Virus record (IMG/VR): IMGVR_UViG_3300045391_005020
DNA: 64,000 nt
Direction: 5' to 3' (one strand)
DNA from: a virus
Lineage: Duplodnaviria > Caudoviricetes
The translations under genes were made by a program, and so were the position numbers. Of the stretch, positions 29,836 to 37,900 are shown in pieces (position 1 is the stretch's first letter; each line of letters begins with the position of its first letter). Below the pieces are notes generated by a model, which saw nothing but the letters and a program-made list of their open reading frames with translations, did no database searches and had not been told where the DNA came from.

Positions 29836-29872
29836 ACTTTAGGGTCCAGATTGACCCCCAGCAAGCCTATTG
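29836..29872 (-). promoter_or_regulatory. Sigma70-like promoter with CAATAGGCTTG box
   Basis: CAATAGGC-TTGCTG-17-TAAAGT; same hexamers as the 4030-4057 promoter. Confidence 0.55.
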
Positions 29873-29878
29873 TAACGA

Positions 29879-32044
29879 TCAGCCCTGCATGGTGGCGTTG
29901 AGGCCGAGTCCGTAGAACTCGGGGTCGCCGGCCAGTGAGCGCTTCTTCATGAACAACACGAGCTCACCCAGGGACTCGAACGAGGCCTTGAGGTCGTCGG
30001 TGAATTCAACCAGGTCTTCCTTGCCGTACCGTTCGGTGAACTCGTCGTAGTGCCAGTGCAGGAGGAACAGGAGGCGGCCCAGGCGGTCCATGCCCGAAAC
30101 GATCGTCGGGAGGAATCGCTCGACCATGTCGGTCGGGTTATGGGTCTTGATCAGCGAGCTCAGGACCGAGGCGTCGAACACTTCCTTCTGGCCGGTCTGA
30201 CTGGCGCGCTGGACGGCTTGGCTGGTCGACTCGGTGTCGGTGTCGCCGTCATCAGAGCCGCCGAACGGCGAGTGGTACTGGTAGAACGCGCGGTTGTCTT
30301 CGCTGGGCTCACGCTCGACCCCGTAGGACGGGAACTTGGTCGTGTGATGGTTCGACATCAACCCGCCCTCGGTCTCGTCGGTGACTTCCGGGAACGGCAG
30401 AAGATTGGCGGCGTACTTGACTCGGTACTCGGTCGGGGCGTCCGCTTCCTTGATCAGGATCTTGGCGTCGTGTGCGGACAAGCCGTGCCGGCGCATCAAG
30501 TAGCTGAGGGCACCGACTTTGGTATATGAGTCAGAACCGTCGAGGTCCTTAATCCCGATCTCGTCGTTCATCTTCCACACTTTGATCGGCGACGCGGTCT
30601 TCTCGAGCTCGGTCAGGATCGTGTTGTGGTCGCCGAAGTCGGAGTGGTGCAGCTGCGATTCCGAGATCGGAGTCTTGTACGAGTAATCTTTCTCAGTGAA
30701 CCGGTTCAGCACGATGGCGCGGAAGCGTCGCTCGTTGACGACCAACTTCTCGGCCAGGTACCGGATCTGACCAGAGCCAGCTTCGGTGACGACAATTTCG
30801 CGCACTCGTTGGTCCGGAGCGCCGTAACGCCACGGCGCCGGGCCATTCAGGACCGACCATGGATGATTGCGTCCGCACCAGTCGCGGGTGATGTAGTACG
30901 ATCCGCGGACCTTGAGGGTCTTGATCTCGTTCACGCCGTCGACCGAGCTGTCGATCTCGAATCCGAGCGTGGAATCGCCGGTCTGATTGCAGAACACCAC
31001 GCAGTCGCCCGGACGGACTTTATCGGGCGAAACCGATTCATCGTCCAGGAGCTTGCGGAAATCCGCGCCGTCGTGTTGGCGCAGCGTGTAGATATGGCGA
31101 GTCGAGACCATGCCGTGACGGCCGCTCGACGGCTCGTACACCAGCATCTGGTCAGCGTCTTCCGCTTTGGTGCCGCTGATGCGGAGAATCAGGCATTCCG
31201 CGATCGAACCGTCGGCCATCAGGACATCGTAGAGTCCGCCCTGGGTTGGGTTCTGGAGAACTTGCGGGACGGTCGTGCGGTACACGATCGACTTGTTCAT
31301 CTCGGGACGCTTATCGACGACGGCGGTTCCGCCCGTGATCAGCTCTTCCTTCTGGGCATCGGTCAAATCCTTCGCACCATCCTGAGCGACCGAGCTGATG
31401 ATCGTGATGTCGTCTTCCTTCTTCTCGGCCGTCTTGGTCGGCACGTAGAAATCGACCAGGTTGTAGAACTGTTCGACGTACGAGGCGAGCTTGGGAAATT
31501 TCTGCAGGTCGCCGATGAAGCCGCGCGCGACTTCGGGACCGAACGATGCGATCGCATCCGGGAGCGACGGCAGATCCGGCTCCATCGTCATGTCCTGCAT
31601 CGAGTGGATCGCTTCACCGCTCTTCTGGAGATTGAGTCCGCCCTGTCCGCCGCCCGGAGGCAGCTGGCGCAGCTTCGAATAGTTCGGCTGACGAACACCC
31701 CGTTCTTGCTTGGACTTGGTGTCGACTTCGCCGAGTTGATTCGGACGACGATTGATGATCTGGTTGACCCAGTCTTCGGTGAGCGGGACGAACAGGTCGG
31801 AGTCGACGCTGTACAGGGCATCGAGGCCCTTGATCTCGCCGTTCATGAAGAACACGGGAGCGTAGTGCCACCCGTCGCCGATCTCGAACCCGAAGATACC
31901 GACCGCTTTGGAACCGTCGTCGTTCGACTTCACCAGCTGGAAGCCGACCAGATAGTCCAGGAGTGCCGGCGACTTATCGCGCAGACGGGCATTGGCCAAG
32001 TCGCTAAAGGTTTGCTCGAGGGCTGTTTGGGCTGCTTCTGGCAT
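29879..32044 (-). CDS. Large putative internal head protein
   Basis: 721 aa; GGAG RBS; K-x-A motifs at apparent domain boundaries (TKTA, EKTA, VKYA). Confidence 0.55.
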   Translation of the reverse strand: MPEAAQTALEQTFSDLANARLRDKSPALLDYLVGFQLVKSNDDGSKAVGIFGFEIGDGWHYAPVFFMNGEIKGLDALYSVDSDLFVPLTEDWVNQIINRRPNQLGEVDTKSKQERGVRQPNYSKLRQLPPGGGQGGLNLQKSGEAIHSMQDMTMEPDLPSLPDAIASFGPEVARGFIGDLQKFPKLASYVEQFYNLVDFYVPTKTAEKKEDDITIISSVAQDGAKDLTDAQKEELITGGTAVVDKRPEMNKSIVYRTTVPQVLQNPTQGGLYDVLMADGSIAECLILRISGTKAEDADQMLVYEPSSGRHGMVSTRHIYTLRQHDGADFRKLLDDESVSPDKVRPGDCVVFCNQTGDSTLGFEIDSSVDGVNEIKTLKVRGSYYITRDWCGRNHPWSVLNGPAPWRYGAPDQRVREIVVTEAGSGQIRYLAEKLVVNERRFRAIVLNRFTEKDYSYKTPISESQLHHSDFGDHNTILTELEKTASPIKVWKMNDEIGIKDLDGSDSYTKVGALSYLMRRHGLSAHDAKILIKEADAPTEYRVKYAANLLPFPEVTDETEGGLMSNHHTTKFPSYGVEREPSEDNRAFYQYHSPFGGSDDGDTDTESTSQAVQRASQTGQKEVFDASVLSSLIKTHNPTDMVERFLPTIVSGMDRLGRLLFLLHWHYDEFTERYGKEDLVEFTDDLKASFESLGELVLFMKKRSLAGDPEFYGLGLNATMQG

Positions 32045-32111
32045 CGTGGCTCCGGACTGAGAGCCATCATTTTCTTACAGCAAAGCCAGATAAGCAAGCC
32101 CATTGGAGCGA

Positions 32112-34016
32112 TTAGGGCGTCCCGGGCGGCTTCTTTCCGTAGTGGCCGGTTTGAGCCAGGCTGTCGCCGAAGTTGACGCCGCGGGCCAGCGCCGGCACGA
32201 ACGAGGTGCTGTTGGGGTCGGATTCGGCGCCACGCGCGACCGACTTCTGGAACGCACTGGTGGTGTAGAAGCCGGCCAGCTGGGTCTGCCAATCCGGATC
32301 CTCGTGGACGCCCAGTAGGCCGCGCTGCATGTGCGGAGCAAACCCCGGTGCTTCCTCGTGGGTGTGGACGTCCTTGATTCCGTAGCGATGCAAGTGGTCC
32401 GCGATCTTGCGGGTCACGCGAGTCCCGACCGTGTAATGGAGCGCTGGCTCTTCCAGGTAGCGCCCGATGGCCTGCTTTGGTGGCGCCAACGTCGCAGTTG
32501 GGCGCGGCTTATACGCATGGGTGAGCTGGTTATGCGACACGACGTCGTCAACCACGTGGTCGCCGATTCCTTCGTGGTCGGTGACCTTCGCCCAATTCAT
32601 GAGTCCGGCCACGACTGCTTCCAGGTTGCGCCGGTGCGTCGAAATACCGGAGTTGTCCAAGGCCTCCTTGAGGAGGTTGGTGTAGACCCGGCGGGCCTCG
32701 CCGAGGCCGCGATGGTGCACGAGATCGATCGGGTGCGGGACGCCGTCCGTCAGGTCGTCGCCTTCGTCGACCGTGTCGCCCGGTTTGACCGTCGGGTTCA
32801 GGCCGTCGTGCACGTACAGCTTGTGGTCACCAAGCTCGATGTAGTGGCCGCCCTGCGGGGCCTTCTCGACCGACTTGATCTGACCGGCCTGCGGGGCCAG
32901 CGGGCCAGCTTCCGGGAATGACTCAGGAGCCTGAATGAGTCGGTTCAGGTATTCGAATCCGTTGCGGTTGATTTTCTCGGTACCGGTCACACCCGAGGTG
33001 TGCTTGGAATTGAGCATGCCCTGGCTGAGCTTCTCGCCGATCGACTGCGCCGCTGCGATCCCGATGTTGTCACCAATCTTGGAGAGGCCGAAGCGGTCGC
33101 GCCGACCGGCAGCGAAGCGGGAGATCCCGCCGTCCGGCGTCGATTCTGTCAGGGGCGAGTGGATCAGGATTTCGTCGACGCCTTTGCTGTCGAGGTCCTT
33201 GAGCATGTGTGAAGTGAGCGTCGTTCCGGCCGCGAGGACTTTGTCCGTGCCAGGAATCGTGATCGGCGCGGCCAAGACGGCGCCGGCGTTGTCACGGTCT
33301 TTCGGGTGCACCGGAAGCCCGACAGGAAGGCGAGTAGCGTCTGGAGCGTCCTTGGTGACGACGAGTCTGTGCGCCGCGTTGACGAGCTGCTTATTTAGAA
33401 ATCCCGCGTCGCCGACAGCGAACTTCGTGCCGATCATACCGCGACGCTGACCGTACAGACCCGCGAAATATTCGACCGGATCCAGGCCTTGCGCGTAACT
33501 ACGCCAAATCGGGACCGGGATGACTTTGCCGGTGTGGTCGCTGGTCAAGAGATCCGCGCCGCGTAGCGAGTTGTAGTCCGACTTCTTGCCGCGGGCTCCG
33601 CTGATGAGCTGCAAGTAGAATGGATTGTTTTCCTGCTTGGCCTCTTCGAACAACGCGTTCTGGAGATCCTGGCCGAGCGGCAGCAGGGTATTCACCACTG
33701 CGTCGTCTTTCTTGTCGGCCGGAATCCGATCGTCGTCGACGATCTGCTGAATCTTCTGCTTCGCCGCCGCGAGCAGCTTTTCCTTCGCGGGCGAAGTCCG
33801 GAGCGACTTCAGGTCCACCGATGTGCCTTCGTCCCACGCGCTCGAGCGCCCAATGTCGTTGAGCTTCTTCAGCACGTCCTTGTAGCGGTCCGGGTAGCGT
33901 TCTGCTACCTCGCGCATCAGCTCCTGCACACCCTTCGAATCAAGAACACGATCTTCGTTCCGGAGATCTTCCGGAAGCGCGTCGTTGAGCAGGAGTCGGC
34001 CAACGCTGGTATCCAT
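32112..34016 (-). CDS. rpoC: Phage RNA polymerase beta' subunit, C-terminal half (RpoC2-like)
   Basis: TSVGRLLLN, SGARG, bridge helix GLDPVEYFAGLYGQRRGMIGTKFAVGDAGFLNKQL, trigger loop GDNIGIAAAQSIGEKLSQGMLNSKH. Start reassigned to ATG 34016. Confidence 0.9.
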   Translation of the reverse strand: MDTSVGRLLLNDALPEDLRNEDRVLDSKGVQELMREVAERYPDRYKDVLKKLNDIGRSSAWDEGTSVDLKSLRTSPAKEKLLAAAKQKIQQIVDDDRIPADKKDDAVVNTLLPLGQDLQNALFEEAKQENNPFYLQLISGARGKKSDYNSLRGADLLTSDHTGKVIPVPIWRSYAQGLDPVEYFAGLYGQRRGMIGTKFAVGDAGFLNKQLVNAAHRLVVTKDAPDATRLPVGLPVHPKDRDNAGAVLAAPITIPGTDKVLAAGTTLTSHMLKDLDSKGVDEILIHSPLTESTPDGGISRFAAGRRDRFGLSKIGDNIGIAAAQSIGEKLSQGMLNSKHTSGVTGTEKINRNGFEYLNRLIQAPESFPEAGPLAPQAGQIKSVEKAPQGGHYIELGDHKLYVHDGLNPTVKPGDTVDEGDDLTDGVPHPIDLVHHRGLGEARRVYTNLLKEALDNSGISTHRRNLEAVVAGLMNWAKVTDHEGIGDHVVDDVVSHNQLTHAYKPRPTATLAPPKQAIGRYLEEPALHYTVGTRVTRKIADHLHRYGIKDVHTHEEAPGFAPHMQRGLLGVHEDPDWQTQLAGFYTTSAFQKSVARGAESDPNSTSFVPALARGVNFGDSLAQTGHYGKKPPGTP

Positions 34017-34024
34017 CGCGGCCC

Positions 34025-34234
34025 TTACTGTTTGTTGATGATCTGAACCTGCGCGGCCGTGATTCCGAGCTCGCGGCACTGTTGCGCGAAATCTGGCTGA
34101 GCGGCATCGCTCGCAACGATCATCCGTTCATGCTCGTACGCGAGCGCGGCCGGAGTTCCGGCCTCGGTATAGACCACGACTTGGCTGACCGGGATCGTGT
34201 ACGCCCGGCCGTCTTTCACGAACCGGATGAACAT
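34025..34234 (-). CDS. Small hypothetical protein between the RNAP genes
   Basis: 69 aa, tightly packed with both neighbours. Confidence 0.6.
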   Translation of the reverse strand: MFIRFVKDGRAYTIPVSQVVVYTEAGTPAALAYEHERMIVASDAAQPDFAQQCRELGITAAQVQIINKQ

Positions 34235-34864
34235 TTACTCGCCTTTGAGAATGCGATTCAGAACTTCGGCAGCGGCGCCGAGTTTCAGTGGACCGCCTTG
34301 CGCGATCGCTGACATGTCGCCGGGCTGGCCCGAGACGGGGCCGGGCATCGAGGCCGGATCAACCGGCGCAGCCGCGGCTGCGCCGCCAGCGCCTGCCGGC
34401 GGCTGGTTCTTCTTGTTCTTTCCGACAGCGGTGAGGGTGCGTTCCACGATATCCATCACGACGCGAGCTTGACCGTGGTTCACGGCGGCGTTCGGGTCGA
34501 TCGGAGCTTCCGGCTCCGGAGCCGGCTGAGCCGCCTGAGCGGCAGCAGTGGGATCGATCGGTGCACCAGTCGAGGGGTCGATCGGGGCGCCTGCGGCCGG
34601 ATCGCTCGGGGCACCGGCGGACGGATCGGCCGGAGCCGCAGCGGCTGCGGGATCCGCCGGAGCTGCGCCGGCAGCGGCCGGATCACCAGCGAGTTGAGCC
34701 ATCGCGTCCATCGGGGCACCGCCGGCAGCAGCCGGATCTGCCGGAGCCGAGGGAGCGCCAGCCTGAGCGGGGCCGCCAACCGGCATACCGTCCGGACCAG
34801 CTTGCTGCTGATCGGGTTGGGCGGGGATGAAGGCGCGCTTGAGGAGACGTTCGTTGAAGCTCAT
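34235..34864 (-). CDS. Pro/Ala-rich low-complexity internal protein
   Basis: N-terminal LLKRA; repeated (A/I)DPAAAG units also found in the scaffold. Confidence 0.55.
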   Translation of the reverse strand: MSFNERLLKRAFIPAQPDQQQAGPDGMPVGGPAQAGAPSAPADPAAAGGAPMDAMAQLAGDPAAAGAAPADPAAAAAPADPSAGAPSDPAAGAPIDPSTGAPIDPTAAAQAAQPAPEPEAPIDPNAAVNHGQARVVMDIVERTLTAVGKNKKNQPPAGAGGAAAAAPVDPASMPGPVSGQPGDMSAIAQGGPLKLGAAAEVLNRILKGE

Positions 34865-34872
34865 AACTCGTG

Positions 34873-34900
34873 ATCTTAGACCGTAACAATAGACCTACAA
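34873..34900 (-). promoter_or_regulatory. Sigma70-like promoter for 34864 and beta'-C
   Basis: TTGTAG-16-TAAGAT, with CTATTGTTAC half-box in the spacer. Confidence 0.45.
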
Positions 34901-34906
34901 GGTAGG

Positions 34907-37900
34907 TTACGGGTGTAAAATTTTGACTGGGTCGCGGACCGAGATCTCGCCGCGTTTGTAGGCCTTGAGGACATCTTCCTTGGTCGCGAACACCCTGGTC
35001 TGCCGGGCTTTGTCGGGCTGGCTAGCCAGGTACAGGCCGGCCAAGTATTCCTGGCTCGGCAACAGGTGGACGTCGAACGAGGCCGGGTGCAGCAAGTTCT
35101 TGGAGGGCAACAGCTTCTCTTTCGCCTCGTCGACGGCCTTGTCGGAAACCGGGAGGTGGACGTTGATGGCGTCGCCGTCGAAGTCGGCGTTCATGCCCTT
35201 CGTGACCGACTGCGAGATCGAGATGCTGGAGTCCTTATTGATCCGGGCGTGGCCGGCGACGTAGTTGAAACGGTGGAGCGACGGCGCGCGGTTGTAGATA
35301 ACCGGTCGGACCTTCATTTCGGCGTCCAGGTGGTGCTTCGCCGCGGGGGTGCGATCCCGAACGGCCTTCACGGCTTCGGCGGCCGGCGTGCCTTCACGAA
35401 CCAAGCGGCGGATCACGAACGGCCGGAACATCCGCCACGCCATATCTTCTGGGATCCCGACCTGGTCCATGTCGAGCTCGGGATCGATCGTGATGACCGA
35501 GCGACCAATGGTGTCGACCGAGTTACCCAGCACCTTGCGCTGGAACCGACTGTACTTGGGCGAATCCTTGACCCCGATCGCGAACCGGAGCATGCCGCGC
35601 ACGCCCTGTTCGGCCGTCTTGGGATTCACCGGATCCGTGAGGCCAGCGACCGCTTTGGCGGCGTTGTACATGGTCAGGTATTCGTCGCCGTTCTCGCCGA
35701 GTTCTTCACCGGCGCCCTGATAGTTCTTGGCTGACTCCATCAGGTCTTTGTAGAGGTAGTTGGCGTCGTGGATCATGTCGACCCCGCGGGCACGCATAAT
35801 CGGGCGATGCTTCGGAGGCAGGACCGCCATCTTGGAGATCATCAGGTCTTCCGGTTTTACCCCTTGGGTCTTGAGTCCCTGGAGGTACCCGAGACGCCGG
35901 ACCGCGTCATCGCGGTTTGACCGCGATGCAGTTCGGACCTGTTGCTTTGCGAGCTCGATCTCACGATCGACGTTGATGGTCTTGAGCGCGTCCTCGATCG
36001 CTTGCGGGCCCGACTTGCCATTGATCTGTTCTTTGCCAGCCAGGATCTGCTCGAACTTCTTGCCGGTGAGTCCGAGGATGCGCGTGATCGGCTCCTCAGC
36101 CATTGGGTTTGGGATCTTGGCTGGCAGCACGATCTTGCTGAAGCGTGTGCCTTCGGCGCCTCCGGTTTTTCCGAGATCGAACAGACCGCCTTCGACCGGC
36201 TTCATGGTGTTGAAGTCGAACGTGTCGGGCTTCGAGATCTCGTGTTGGGCCAGACGATCCACGTCGGCGTCGGTCATGAAGCCGAGCTGCTGACGACCGT
36301 CCGGCTTGTCCTTGATGTTGACGCCGGCCGAGCGGAGGAGATCGAGGAAGTGACCGTTGGCGAACGATTTACCCTGCTGGGCCGGTGTCTGACCTGTTTT
36401 GAGCTGGCGCCAGAAATCGTCGTTACGCTGACCGCGAACCAGTTTCGCATCCTTGAGGAACTCGGTGGCACCGGCGCTCAGAAGGGAGTGGATGTCGAGG
36501 AGCCCAATTCGCTTCGAACCGTCGGGGCCGCCGCGCGCCGGCGACTCGTCTGCCGAATAGCCGCCTGTGTCGCGTGCCGACATTTTCGACTCAGCAGTAT
36601 GGTGGAGCTTCAGGATGTACTGGTTGCCCGTGAAGACGTTCGGGATCCGGCGGCCGTTCCGCGGATCACGCAACGTTTCCGTCTCTTTGACGCCGTGTTT
36701 GTGGGCTTCATTCAGGGCGAAGTCCGCGAGCCCTTCGGGAGTCGAGAAGGACTTCAGGTTGTAGGGTTGTCCGCGCTTCTCGGCTATCTTGCCGAGCAAA
36801 GTGGTGACCAGGCTGGACGGATTAACGCGCGTGATAATACCAGTCGGGGCCATCAGGACGTCCATCGGGCGACCGTCCTCGTCGTGCGGCATCTGATCGT
36901 CCGGGATGATCTTCGAGACCACGCCCTTGTTACCGTACTGTCCGGAGAGCTTGGATCCGACCGACATTGGCTCGTACGATTTGACCGTGACCTTTACGCC
37001 TGAACGGGTACGGGCCACATCGGTCACCACGCCTGGCTGCGGGTGATCCCACACTTGGCTGATGTCCGTGTAGAGCGACTTCGGCCCGTTGGTGAGCGCG
37101 CCTTGTGCGCGGCCCTGACGTTTCCCGATCGCGACCATGACCGGATCGCCTGGATTTATAGTCTGACCGACTTGGACGGTGCCGCTTTCGTCGAGCTTGT
37201 CGTATTGAGCCTTCGAGAACCGATCGCCGTAGATCGCGCGGTAGTCGTTGGTCTTGGTCGAGTGGACTTCATCGCCGAGATCGAGCGAGTGCTTGTACTG
37301 ATGTTCGCTCGACAGCTTCTTCGCGGCCGATTCAGAGATAGCGACCGAGTCGTCGTAGGTCAGACCTTCGCCAGCCAGGTAAGCAACACGGAGATTTCGG
37401 CCAGGTGCCGCATGACCATTTCGATCAGTGAAGTTCGAGTGAGCCAGCAGCTGACCCGGCTGCACCACGTCGCCAGCCTGGACGACCGGTGTGTTGTGGA
37501 GCATGGTTTTGCGCGCGAGCGGGTAGTGGTTGTAGAGCTCATAATGCTTCTGCTGACCGCCCTCATGGAGGACGTCGATTCCATCCGGTGTCACCTTCAC
37601 GACGCGGCCCGGCGCTTCCGAGTGCACCGCGCCGGCGTGGCTGCCCATCTGCTGGTAGAACGATTTGCCTTCGTGGTCGAGCGGATGGACGAGCGGCGCC
37701 TCCGCATCTTTGAGAGGAAGCGCCTGAGTGGTCATACGCGCACCCATTAGGAGACGCTGTGATTTCACGCCTTCGAGGAGGGGGACCATGTTGGACGCGC
37801 GGCTAAACAGGTGGGTCGCATCCGGGAGTTCGTACTTCACCTTCGAGCGGTCGATGTACTGGATCTTGTGCCCGACCATCGCACGAACTTTGCGTTCGCC

